Assembly (NCBI GenBank): GCA_032718475.1
Contig: JAUCBJ010003105.1
Span: forward strand, 1-44,095
Length of the DNA: 44,095 nt
Source of the DNA: Nemertoderma westbladi
Lineage: Eukaryota; Animalia; Xenacoelomorpha
Direction of reading: 5' to 3'
Shown: positions 1-11,675 of the stretch, in pieces
Position numbering within the stretch: position 1 is the stretch's first letter
Layout of the letters: the number at the start of each line of letters is the position of its first letter
Program-made: the position numbers and the translations under genes
Notes under the pieces: generated by a model
Seen by the model: only the letters and a program-made list of their open reading frames with translations
What the model was told of the DNA's origin: nothing
Database searches by the model: none

Positions 1-134
1 ATTCTTTAATCCAACATATGGAATTAATAATTTATAAAATAGCTAAAATAATTAATTAATTATAAAATGTATATCTACTAATGATTAAAAATGCAGTTAA
101 ACGGGTCGAGGAGGCGAGGTTATAGGTTAATCGC

Positions 135-2762
135 TCAGGTGTCGGTCGGGGGTTCTATACTCATGAGGTACAGGGCGCACCTTAATACTGATAAGTTGGT
201 CGGAATTCCAAGGCATTGTGAATAATGTGCGGCCGAGGTAGCGTTACTGTTACATAACCAACAAACACAGTTATCCATGGGCCTCCAGCAGCTGGGCTTC
301 TTACACAATCGATGATGGCAGCCATTGGCGATTAGCTGGGCTGCGGCTCTGCGGCGGAACCCAGTTAGGGACACGAGATTTATTTCTGCACCATCGCAGT
401 TATCGATTGCGTTTAGTACGGCAGTTGAGGATGAGTACTTACTAATGCCGCACCATAGTTTGTAATAGAAGGCTCTTACGCGATGTACATGTTCTAGTTG
501 CGGTATGTTTTCCAGTGAGGTAAAAACGGTGCATCCATATGTTGCTGAGGGGTAGACTACTGAGGCCCATAGCCGCTTTGCTGAGTCTAGCGATATATGT
601 TGCATATTTGCTTTAGTTGCAATACAGATGGAGCTGGCCACACCCTTTTTGTATAAGTGCTGATAATGCGCGGATGGACCATTTTTTGTGGATAGAATGA
701 CGCCTAGGTAGTTAAAAGTGGTTTTGAATTCAAGTTTGGAGCCATTGTAATATAATATGTCGCTTTCAGCTAACCGTCCACCTTTGCGAAATTTTACTAC
801 TTTTGATTTTGATAGGTTGACCGTAAGGTCGTTGACCCGGCAGTAATTAGATAACCTGTCTAGAGCGTCCTGAGTGGTCTTAATTGAATCCCCAACTATG
901 ACAAGATCATCTGCATACATAATAACAAGGCAGAGGGCTCCCATGAGAATGGATGGAAGATCTGCCACAAAGATACTAAACAGTAAGGGCGATAGCTTAT
1001 CACCTTGTATGACTCCTACAGTTTGAGTAATCGGTTCCATTATACATGTCCCAATACAAATGCAGACGTAGTTTACTGCGATAAGTGCCCATATAGCCGC
1101 AATAAACTTTCGGCTGACACCAAAAGTTACCAGACGTTGACATAGGGTTTCTCTGTTGACTGAGTCGAACGCCTTCGTAAAGTCTACAAATACGCAATAC
1201 GCATGACCTCCAGCTGGTTGTAGGGCAACTGTTATATGATTATATATACGTTTAACAGCCATCAGGGTTGAATAACCTCGGCGGAAACCATATTGGGTAG
1301 CGGGGAGAATACCTTTGTTCTCAGCAAACAAATATAGTCGCTCAAAAATAATAGCTGTATAGACCTTTAACAGGCACGATAGGAGAGCTATTCCGCGATA
1401 GCTGTCTGGGGATGTCTTCTTTCCTTTTCCTTTATAGAGTGGGAGTAGATATGAGGTTAACCAAACTATTGGGCAAGCTCCTAAGGAAAAACAGAGGGTG
1501 AACAAACTTAGAAGATACGGGAGTAGTTGTAGAAGCCCTGATTTTAGTGCCTCATTTGCCACTCCATCAGGCCCGGCTGCCTTATGGGGCTTCGTATTTG
1601 ATATTGCAGCTGCTATTTCGGACGGCTCTATTTGGCGATCTAGCTGATCATTCGGTTGGTCCGGTATTGACGGCGGTAGTTGCGGCGGTGGTTTGGAAGA
1701 TAACAACTCAGTGAAATGTGTATACCACGATTCTTCTGATACTTGTTGGGCTACTGGCTTGGTTTGGGCGCCATTTTTTAGAATATTCCAGAATCTAGAC
1801 TTGTTATTCTCGCACTCTGTGAGTAGCTCCGACTCTTTTCGCGATTCAAACAACTTCTTTTTGGTAAGTAACAGTTTCTTATATGATTGTGCTAATGTAG
1901 AGTATATTTGCCTCGTTTGAAGCGTAGGATCTTGTTTCATTATCTGGAATCTATAAGTGAGCTCATGCTTCATCAGGTAGCATTCTCGGTCAAACCAGGG
2001 TTTTGATTTCCTTTGCTTACTTGACATTGATGAGTTTGTAATAGCTGAGGTTATATAGGTGCATATGGAATCCACCCCATGTGAGATTGCATGTTGGAAA
2101 TCTCCTGTTCTTAAAATATTGCCAAGCCTTTCTAAATCAATTTTCTTGACAGTTTTATTTCGTTGTTTCCTCGAGGTGATTGCGGTTGCAAGTTCCAGTT
2201 CAATGTATACACGCTGGTGTTTTGTGTTTGTGGTTGGACGTATACTTACTGTTACTTTATCAGCTAAATGGTGATCAACAAAAACTAGGTCTATAACACT
2301 TTGACCATTCCAGGAATAGTATGTAGGAACTGAGAAATCGCTAACGCAGACCAACCCAGCCCCAAGAAGGCCACTGCATAGCTGATCTCCGCGATCATCC
2401 GTGCCGTCCAACCGGCAGTTAAAGTCGCCCGTGAGTAATATCGTTGACGTACTTTTAGTTCGTGCGAGAACAATTATTCTGGATAACTCGAGCAGAATAT
2501 CCGATACATATGATGCTGGTGGGTAGTAAGCAGAAATTAGCACTAAGTTAGTAGTTTGCAGAGCTATTACGGTCGAGCTGTTATAGATAACCTCCTGGCG
2601 CATTGGTGTTTTCATATTAATCGATATAGTAATACCACCCGATGGACGCCCTAAATCACGTTTCTCGCATGGTGCATTATGACAGGCAAAGCCCGGGATT
2701 ACCAAGTCTGATGTAAATGTTTCGGACAAGAGAAGTATGTCAGAATCTATGAATGATTTACG
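135..2762 (-). mobile_element. Non-LTR retrotransposon (LINE) ORF2: AP endonuclease + reverse transcriptase + C-terminal CCHC; RTE/RTEX-like, 5' end damaged
   Basis: APE motifs DILLLSET, GDFN and SVIDLVF; RT motifs KAAGPDG, YRGIALLS, QYGFRRG, FVDFTKAFDSV, GVIQGDKLSPLLF and MYADD; CWLC..H...C at the C-terminus. The frame is open from 2762 to 135 with an in-frame TAA at 2763-2765 and no APE N-terminal motif or ORF1. The clade call is tentative. Confidence 0.93.
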
Positions 2763-3547
2763 TTAATTACTGAGTTTGTTAATGAGGGACACAACTATTA
2801 ATGAGGGACACACATTAATGAGGAACACAAACATTAATGGGGGACACCTTAATAGTTAATAGACACCTTAATAATTTGTCTATGTCTAGGGGCCACACAT
2901 AAGCTTAATCCGGCTCTGGGGGACACCTTAATAGGGGTCAATGCTTCCCAATGAATTATTAATAAGGGCGATGGTGATGCTTGGCCGTCAGACATTATTA
3001 GATATTGATTAGCTGAAAAACTATACTACCGTGGGAACGTGACCTCTCTGGTAGAGCGGCTCTGTAGACAATTGTATGGTAGGATTACTGTCCTGTTCCC
3101 TGATTGGCTTATCCATCCCAACCTCCCTTACAAACAAGAATCACTGTTCTGCCTAGCTGGCGGTAGTTTGTACTGCATCATAGCGTACTCTATTTAAGGC
3201 CTTGCAAGCGTGCTGCCTTCCTAATTTATGGAGGCTGAACTGTTCAGTATAATTTCTTATTTAATTTCTTATTAAACATGGATGACAGTGATGACTTTGT
3301 AAAGGTTCCATTTACGGGATTCGTTATTCCGAGTCCAACCAATGATACAGCCATTGTTGAGCCGCTTGAACTCACTACGCAAACATCGTGCACCCCGAGT
3401 CCGGAGAAGAAAAAAACCAGGAAAGTCAGCAAGCCAAGAAAAGTTACTAAAGAACAATAAACATTGTACTAATTAATAATTGTAACTAGATGAGGGTCTG
3501 GGTCTTTATTGCATATGCGTTTTACAAATTGTTCATTAAAACTTACT

Positions 3548-5287
3548 AATCCGCGTTTTACACCCCTTCCCGGATCCAATAAAACTTGGTAATTAACATA
3601 AATCCGTGTTTTACACTCCGTTCCGGATCCAATAAAACTTGGTAATTAACGTAAATCCGTGTTTTACACTCCATTCCGGATCCAACAAAACTTGGAAATT
3701 AACGAAAATCCGTGTTTTACACTCCGTTCCGGATCCAATAAAACTTGGTAATTAACGTAAATCCGTATTTTACACTCCATTCCGGATCCAACAAAACTTG
3801 GTAATTAACGAAAATCCGTGTTTTACACTCCATTCCGGATCCAATAAAACTTGATAATTAACGTAAATCCGTGTTTTACACTCCATTCCGGATCCAATAA
3901 AACTTGGTAATTAACGTAAATCCGTGTTTTACACTCCATTCCGGATCCAATAAAACTTGGTAATTAACGTAAATCCGTGTTTTACACTCCATTCCGGATC
4001 CAATAAAACTTGGTAATTAACGTAAATCCGTGTTTTACACTCCATTCCGGATCCAATAAAACTTGGTAATTAACGTAAATCCGTGTTTTACACTCCATTC
4101 CGGATCCAATAAAACTTGGTAATTAACGTAAATCCGTGTTTTACACTCCATTCCGGATCCAATAAAACTTGGTAATTAACGTAAATCCGTGTTTTACACT
4201 CCATTCCGGATCCAATAAAACTTGGTAATTAACATAAATCCGTGTTTTACACTCCATTCTGGATCCAATAAAACTTGATAATTAACGTAAATCCGTGTTT
4301 TACACTCCATTCCGGATCCAATAAAACTTGGTAATTAACGTAAATCCGTGTTTTACACTCCATGACCGGATCCAACAAAACTTGGTAATTAACGTAAATC
4401 CTGGTTTGGTAATTAACGTAAATCCGTGTTTTACACTCCATTCCGGATCCAACAAAACTTGGTAATTAACGTAAATCCGTGTTTTACACTCCATTCCGGA
4501 TCCAATAAAACTTGGTAATTAACGTAAATCCGTGTTTTACACTCCATTCCGGATCCAATAAAACTTGGTAATTAACATAAATCCGTGTTTTACACTCCGT
4601 TCCGGATCCAATAAAACTTGGTAATTAACGTAAATCCGTGTTTTACACTCCATTCCGGATCCAACAAAACTTGGTAATTAACGTAAATCCGTGTTTTACA
4701 CTCCATTCCGGATCCAATAAAACTTGGTAATTAACGTAAATCCGTGTTTTACACTCCATTCCGGATCCAATAAAACTTGATAATTAACGTAAATCCGTGT
4801 TTTACACTCCATTCCGGATCCAATAAAACTTGGTAATTAACGTAAATCCGTGTTTTACACTCCATTCCGGATCCAACAAAACTTGGTAATTAACGTAAAT
4901 CCGTGTTTTACACTCCATTCCGGATCCAATAAAACTTGGTAATTAACTAGAATCCGCGTTTTACACCCCTTCCCGGATTTAATAAAACTTTGTAATAAAC
5001 CTGAATCCGTATTTTACACCCAATCCCGGATTCAGTAGAAAAATGAATCCGCGTTTTACACTCCGTTCAGGATTTAGCCTAAAACATGAATCCGCGCTTT
5101 ACACTCCGTTCCGGATCTGAAAAAAAGGCCAATCCGCATTTTACACTCGGTTACGGATTCGGTAAATTTAGCAGTGCACGGATCCGCAGATTACACCCTA
5201 AAAATGTAAATTTAGTCGACTTCCATAGGGACAATGTTAAATGATAGAATCCGGATCCTGATCCGGATCCGCGTTTTACTCTGACCC
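3548..5287. repeat. 53-bp tandem minisatellite (AATCCGTGTTTTACACTCCATTCCGGATCCAATAAAACTTGGTAATTAACGTA), ~26 regular copies then a degenerate tail
   Basis: Direct periodicity (unit starts at 3601, 3654...); copies decay after ~4950. Confidence 0.97.
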
Positions 5288-5331
5288 AGTAAGTAGTAAA
5301 TATTTCAGGAATAATGTTTTATTTGTTGCAG

Positions 5332-5555
5332 CTAGTGTGGCGGTTGTCAGTATAGAAGGTAATCCCTACCTGTGTAAGATAGACGAGATAGGGGAGCTGT
5401 GTGTGATGTCTAGCGCTACCGGTAGTCAGTACGCAGGTCTGGAGGGCCGATCTCAGGGAGTATTCAACGTACATCCGTTGGGGGGCGACGGTCGGATGGT
5501 GGGAGCGGGGGATCACAGCTACGTTCGGACGGGGTTACTTGGCTTCCTCGGGACG
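5332..5555 (+). CDS. DIP2: DIP2 internal exon A (ASVAVVSIEGNPYLCKIDEIGELCV...YVRTGLLGFLGT)
   Basis: ttgcag acceptor, gttagt donor; resembles DIP2 LCKTDEIGEICV...RSGLLGFVGP in the first AMP-binding-like domain. Confidence 0.92.
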
Positions 5556-6274
5556 GTTAGTACCATTGGTGATACTCTTTATAGAATTTATCCGTATCCC
5601 TATGTACTTATTGTAGTTTTTTTCACCAAGTGAAATACCACAGTGAAATTTATTTTATAAGTGTACCCTTTGACGTAAAAGCGATGAAACACCACGGATT
5701 GAGCACATTACTTTAAATGCTGCAACCTAACCCAACCCAGACTTGGAACATTTACTGCGCGATAAATGGTAACTTGGGAAACAGAGTGGAAGGGTTTTCC
5801 TGTGGTGGTGAACAGGCATTCCCTTGCTGAATAAGCCAAAAAGATTCTCCCATATACCGGTAGTTTTAATGAAGTATATTTTCAAAAAGCCGCTGTGATT
5901 GGTAATTAATTGTTTTATATTTTTAAGGTTCTTTTTCATTAAATGTGTATAATAAATATGTGGTTATCGCTGCATCACTCCTAGTGTATCTAGAGTATAT
6001 AGATAGATACACTAGAAGTGGTGAAAGAAAGCAGTCAGTAAAAGAGTCTTGATTCTAGACTCTTTTGAATATCGTCGAATCTTGCAGTGTAGAAAAAAGA
6101 TAGTGCGGATAGTATCAGATAAAACGTTTGTGCCATTCCCTTTAAAGCGAGACTGAATAAATATGCAATAAACATTATAAATTATATAATATACTATTTT
6201 ATTTGTATGACCCAGTAAAGCACAATATTAAACTGTGATAATCTATTCTGTACTTCAATTTCTAAAGTCCTCTA

Positions 6275-6424
6275 ACTTAATGATAATCCCATTGAAATAC
6301 TGAAATAACTTAATGATAATCCCATTGAAATACTGTAATCTGAGGGAGTCTCTCAGTATCAGTATGTCATGATAATCCCATTGAAATACTGTAATCTGAG
6401 GGAGTCTCTCATTATCAGTATGTA
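6275..6424. repeat. Short local tandem duplications (TGATAATCCCATTGAAATACTG x3) in the presumed IRG 3' UTR
   Basis: Motif repeated at ~6281, ~6315 and ~6370; the last two copies extend to ~55 bp. Confidence 0.8.
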
Positions 6425-6446
6425 TATACCACCGGAACTGACGTCA

Positions 6447-7724
6447 TTATTCAACCATTCGATCAACCTCCGCCTCGTGAGTAGTAGCTACATCAATGAT
6501 ATCCAGGGCTACGGACTTCATTTTATTCAAATTGTAATCTAGGAACCAATACGTGGCACCGAAACTGAGACCGCCACTAATAAGGAATCCTATAAACGGT
6601 ATAAACTTGGAGGCTTCCTCGGCCACCATCTCCACAGCTGTCGGTGCCAGTGACGTCATCGCTGACTTTATCGCTTCCTTTGTCAGCTCACCAACTGGCA
6701 GCGTCCGCGTGATATCCTTGAAAATGCCGACATCCATTCCAGTTTTCTTGGCCAACCTATCCAGGGACTCATTATCAAGACCCAGTTGTTCCGAATAGAA
6801 CTTCATTTCGTTGAGAATTAAGACCACATCAAACGCCGCGCCCAGTAGAGGTATTGGGATGGCCCCAGCAGCGGCGGAGGCAGTGGCTACTTTCCATATC
6901 CGATCTTTCAATACGTTTACTTTTTCTTCAACTCGGTCTTTAGTTACGGATGTTAAGGTGTAGATCATGGCTTCTCTTTTAATTTTAGGAAGATCCAAAA
7001 GTAATCGCCCTTCCAGGGCTGGAAATTGGTATTTCGAATCTTCAAATGAATCGATGAGGAACACTGGTACGTTACTCATTCCGGCTTCTTCAAAATTCGC
7101 TCGGATGTCGTTTTGTACGAGTTGCATAACCTCAGTGGCGACACCGTCAGGGTTTTGGCGATATTGTCTGGGATTGGATCGTTTCCGACTCTCAATATCG
7201 CAATCAATTTTTGTGCGAATAAAGTAGAACCGCTTCCCTCGAGCCGTAACTTCGCTTGCCAGCCACAGATCTTCTTCGCGGAATCTCTGAGTAGCGAATA
7301 CAAGGAAGAAATCGAATCGGTCAAATCCGACGGAATCGAGGTATCCGAGATGCGTCTCAGTTGGGAGTCGCGGGAAGTTTGGTGTCCCGACACCTGGAAG
7401 ATCCCAGAACTTAACGTTGGGGTTGCGAGGGTGCTCGTAGGGTGTGGGTACAGTGGTGCATTCCACTACCCCAGTGGGCGCCGCTCCTGGGTCGTCGTCT
7501 GTGAGACCTCTTACCGTGTTGATGAAGGTTGATTTACCGGTGCCCGAGTTGCCCGTGATACCGACATTGAGTGGCGCATCCTTCCAGCCATTCAACTTGC
7601 CCTCTATGAAGATGTCAACTTTGCCGCTACAAACAGCGTTCTTAGCTTCCTCCAGTTCATGGGGGTCAAATAAACAAAACCCAAAGTCTTGGCCTTGTAA
7701 ACGATCATCAGCAATGTCATCCAT
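6447..7724 (-). CDS. Immunity-related / interferon-inducible p47-type GTPase (IRG, IIGP5/IRGC-like), intronless, nested in a DIP2 intron
   Basis: 425-aa ORF with G1 GNSGTGKST, AAPTGVVECT, G3 FWDLPGVGT, G4 RTKID and the IRG-type C-terminal AAAGAIPIP...Y..QLGLD; AATAAA on the - strand near 6198-6203. Confidence 0.9.
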   Translation of the reverse strand: MDDIADDRLQGQDFGFCLFDPHELEEAKNAVCSGKVDIFIEGKLNGWKDAPLNVGITGNSGTGKSTFINTVRGLTDDDPGAAPTGVVECTTVPTPYEHPRNPNVKFWDLPGVGTPNFPRLPTETHLGYLDSVGFDRFDFFLVFATQRFREEDLWLASEVTARGKRFYFIRTKIDCDIESRKRSNPRQYRQNPDGVATEVMQLVQNDIRANFEEAGMSNVPVFLIDSFEDSKYQFPALEGRLLLDLPKIKREAMIYTLTSVTKDRVEEKVNVLKDRIWKVATASAAAGAIPIPLLGAAFDVVLILNEMKFYSEQLGLDNESLDRLAKKTGMDVGIFKDITRTLPVGELTKEAIKSAMTSLAPTAVEMVAEEASKFIPFIGFLISGGLSFGATYWFLDYNLNKMKSVALDIIDVATTHEAEVDRMVE

Positions 7725-7859
7725 GGTTGAAGAATCAAATTAAAGCGATATTGTTTAGACACTTATTAGACCTACCAATACAAGTAATGTAGGAGAGTCT
7801 GAGAGTATTCTTAGCGTCTGTTTTGGTATTTATAGTACACGAGTGGAGCCTTCCTGCAG

Positions 7860-8061
7860 CAAAAGCTGCAAGCCATCTTGCGAACTATTATAATTATAGT
7901 ATGGCTAGTTATATAGGCCTATTCTGATATTGGCTTCCGTCCAACAATATTATGGCTTCCGACACACTCACTGACACACCCGACACACTCACTGACACAC
8001 ACATAGACTTTTGGAAAGCCATAGTATAATTATAACAGTTCGCTGATGGCTCGCAGTTTTG
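7860..8061. mobile_element. MITE-like element, ~200 bp with ~45-bp imperfect inverted termini
   Basis: CAAAAGCTGCAAGCCATCTTGCGAACTATTATAATTATAGTATGGCT is nearly the reverse complement of AGCCATAGTATAATTATAACAGTTCGCTGATGGCTCGCAGTTTTG. Confidence 0.65.
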
Positions 8062-9000
8062 ACTCGCCCCACAATACAACATTACACTACTATAATTATT
8101 GTACAGTAATTAGTGCAATTTCTAAATATCCTAAGCTATAATGTCTTAAGGTCTATGCAGCTTTTATAGAGTTGTTATTGACTAACCGAACACGGTGTTT
8201 GATATAAAGCACCAGCGCATGACCCGATTACTTTGGTATTTTATATAAGGAATTCTATGTATAATGACATAAGTTGTATTGTATAATTGTATGTATTACC
8301 GTTAATGTTTGACACCTAATAATTCATACTTGATTATTTATTGTGCTTTTTCAGCTAGTTTCAACTATAGGCCTACCGGTGATTACAACTACCGATTGTC
8401 ATACATTATAACGGCTAGTCCGGGTTTTTATTGACTGATTTTTATATATTTTAATTTTGTTTTAATTTAATAAAATCAGCATCTATCTAAATATGTAAAA
8501 TACTTATGTTATTACAACACCAAAATGAATTGCTCCGTATTAAGGTTATACCACTATATATATTAATAGTGTTATTCAGTGGTTACAGTATTTATAGTAT
8601 GAATGCTGGTTGAACCTTGATCCCAGATATTTGTCCCTCTGTAATTCCCCACCAATTATTATCAACAGCCAAGTAGTAGATGGCCGGCTATTCATAGCTA
8701 TCCAACTATTTATAAAGACTAAATTTATGTGGACCAAGAATGAAAATCTGAGTCATGGGCTAAATTTAGGGTTGACTCATTACTTACATTTAGTAATTAT
8801 TCTTAGAGTTGAGCACTAGGTTATCCTCGTATTATTATTGTCACAGCGTGGTTAATACATTGCCTATAATTTAAGCAAACCGAAGGCCTCTTTTGGCTAT
8901 TTTACTGTAGTAAGCAGAGAGCCTAGTAAAGCGAAGACTTACTTCAATAAGAAAACTAAGTGTATCTTATATGTTTTAACATCCATAAGAATTATATAAA

Positions 9001-9325
9001 TTATAAGTAATTAAAACAGGACTAAGGATGATCCAACTCTATTATAGCAAATGAAGCGTAAAAAATGAATTCGGCACCAGCGGGGATCGAACCCGAGTCT
9101 CGCGATACACGTTCAGGTATGCTGACCACTACACCATGGAGGATCCTTCATCTTTCCGATTGATTTGCTATAGGTGGTAAGCTACCTTACGGTTGCTATT
9201 GAATGCAGTCCTTACGGATGGATTTGATCTGTATTCTAATACAGTAGCAGTTATGACCTGTACTGCAAACGAATCGATTTGCTATAGAGTTGGATCATCC
9301 TTAGTCCTGTGTAAATTACTTATAA
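9001..9325. mobile_element. MITE with ~50-bp terminal inverted repeats enclosing a tRNA-like sequence
   Basis: TTATAAGTAATTAAAACAGGACTAAGGATGATCCAACTCTA at 9001 versus TAGAGTTGGATCATCCTTAGTCCTGTGTAAATTACTTATAA ending at 9325. Confidence 0.8.
9071..9143 (-). pseudogene. tRNA-derived sequence (SINE head or tRNA pseudogene)
   Basis: The - strand has A box TGGTGTAGTGG and B box GGTTCGATCCC at tRNA spacing, but the acceptor and anticodon stems do not pair properly. Confidence 0.75.
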
Positions 9326-9574
9326 AACTAAGCGTAATTTGTATATTTTCCAGCCACATTAAAGCTATTTAATAAAATATTATATCACCGTTTTGTACAC
9401 TTCCAATAATAATTGAAAGGTCAAATTATTTGACATCACAAGCAGCCTATTATGCAGAAGAGATGCACGCACAGTGGCAAGTTAAGCAATTGGTTGACTT
9501 TAACCTGAGGCTCTTGTTACTATTATAACTTTTTGTTGGGCACAGCCTTTGTAAAGTCGGCAATGACGTCCAGA

Positions 9575-9715
9575 AGGATTCGAAATATATAAAAATGTTT
9601 GAATTTGGTTGGGAAATTGCTGAGTTATGGGCATTCGAAAGTTGCGTGTATTTACTTGCGCTGCATGCCATTCATTATATTTAATAAATACACAATGTTC
9701 TAGAACATTTGTTTA
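9575..9715. repeat. Partial diverged copy of the 10395-11289 foldback arm
   Basis: TTTGAATTTGGTTGGGAAAT.GCTGAG.T.TGGGCATTCGAA...ATAAATACACAATGTTCTAGAACATTT is shared with ~10640-10800. Confidence 0.8.
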
Positions 9716-9983
9716 TGTGTGATGAATATCCATGTACTGGTATTAATATTATGATAGACCATTGTGTATTTATTTATTAAATAATAATCAGATATATCAT
9801 AGAATATCATAGATATAATCAGAGAATAATCAGAAAATAATAACTGTATTACGTGGCATGGTGTATATAGATATATTGTCAAACATAACTTCGAGGAATT
9901 CTTAATATTTCTGCTTATTTTCAAGGAGGTCCATTGTGATTTTTAGTTTAGTGTGTCGCATTAAATTTATTTCTTGTATTCAG

Positions 9984-10111
9984 GGCGACTTAGTTTACGT
10001 AACAGGGAGAGTTGATGGTCTTATAACAGTTGGCGGTCGACGCCACAACAGCGAGGATATTATGGCTACAGTATTGGCTGTCGATCCAATCAACTTCGTC
10101 TACCGAGGCAG
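9984..10111 (+). CDS. DIP2: DIP2 internal exon B (GDLVYVTGRVDGLITVGGRRHNSEDIMATVLAVDPINFVYRGR)
   Basis: attcag acceptor, gtatgt donor; phase 0 in, phase 2 out; GRRHN.DDI.AT.LAV....VYRGR signature. Confidence 0.93.
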
Positions 10112-10394
10112 GTATGTATTGCTGCAACATAAAAAATATAACATAGGGCAGATGTATGACTTTATAGTCAATCACAATTGTCAACATCACACAGTGATAG
10201 TTTGCTAAGGCACCGCCTAGTACGTGCCTCGCCCCACAAATTGAATCACGTGTTAGGTAAGCCAGTTTATTCTGCGGAGGGGTCTTTCTGTATTAGATAA
10301 ATAAAATAAAGAACACTAATTATTTCTACCTAATACATTCTCAGTTCAGCAGTTAGCCCAATACTAATAAAAAACATCGGAAGCAACCAATAAC

Positions 10395-11289
10395 CACCAT
10401 GTCCTGGAATATAGTGTCGTTATTCAGGTACACGCCCCCCCCCCATTGCATGAAATTTGAAACACAGATAGTTTCACCTCCCTCCTCCTTACTGGGTGAG
10501 CCAGAATTTTTGTTTTCGCTTTCATTCTTTAGCTACAAGCGTTTGAAAAAGATGTCTCCGTCGATATTGCACCAGTTACACCGCAGTTATTCTTCAAACA
10601 TTTAGGGATTTGTTGGTACTAGTAGAAAGCTGACCGTGCAAGGATTCCAAATATGTAAAAACAATTTGAAAATTTTGAAAAAAAAATTTGAATTTGGTTG
10701 GGAAATAGCTGAGATGTGGGCATTCGAATTTTGCATGTATTAGCTTCCACTGCAGGCCATTAATTCTATTAAATAAATACACAATGTTCTAGAACATTTT
10801 GATTATGTGGGAATATCTATAAACTAGTATTATCATGTAGGCATTGCATTGTTGCCTAGCTACTTATGAGATAAACAAAATGTTCTAGAACATTGTGTTT
10901 ATTAATAGAATAAATGGCCTGCAGTGGGAGCAAATACATGCAAAATTCGAATGCCCATATCTCAGCTATTTCCCAACCAAATTCAAATATTTTTCGTTAT
11001 TTGGAATCCTTGCACGGTCAGCTTTCTACTAGTACCAACAAATCACTAAATGTTTGAAGAATAACTGTGGTGTAACTGGTGCAATATCGACGGAGACACT
11101 TTTTTTAAACGCTTGTAGCTAAAGATTGAAAGCAAAAATAAAAATTCTGGCTCATCCAGTCAGTGGTCGGGAGGTGAAACTATCTCTGTTTCAAATTTCA
11201 TGCAATCTCATTAAGATTTGTAGAAAAATTAGGGGGGGGGGGGGGGGGGCAGGTACCCGAATAACGACACTATATTCCAGGACATGGTG
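10395..11289. mobile_element. Palindromic foldback/MITE element with ~400-bp inverted arms and a ~70-bp spacer
   Basis: CACCATGTCCTGGAATATAGTGTCGTTATTC... matches ...GAATAACGACACTATATTCCAGGACATGGTG; the arms can be followed inward to ~10801 and ~10875. Confidence 0.88.
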
Positions 11290-11675
11290 TAATAGGCGTA
11301 TTTTATTAACGTACTTATTAGCGTACATTAATAATTATAATGGAATCATTTCTACCTAGTTGGGAGCGGGACATTTTCTCACAACAGTACTTGGTTACCG
11401 GGATTTTTGGAAGAAATTCTTACCCTGGTCCTGACTACGATATTACGGGTCATGGTGTAATGTACATACACTCATATGAAAATTGCTGAAATGATCCATT
11501 CACGTAATAAAACAGCTGTTAGTACCCGGCTGGCACCCTGGTTCAGTTTTCTGGTTTTGTTAGGTTAAGTTTTAGTTTGTTAGTTCGACACGAGAAAATT
11601 GTTTTTTTTTTCAAAATTTTCTGGAAAACATCCCATTAGATTTAAAATTCGTTATAGATTCCAAAAATCAAATCT

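Noticed and set aside
9071-9143. Functional tRNA gene
   Set aside because: A/B boxes are present but the acceptor and anticodon stems do not pair; it lies inside a TIR element.
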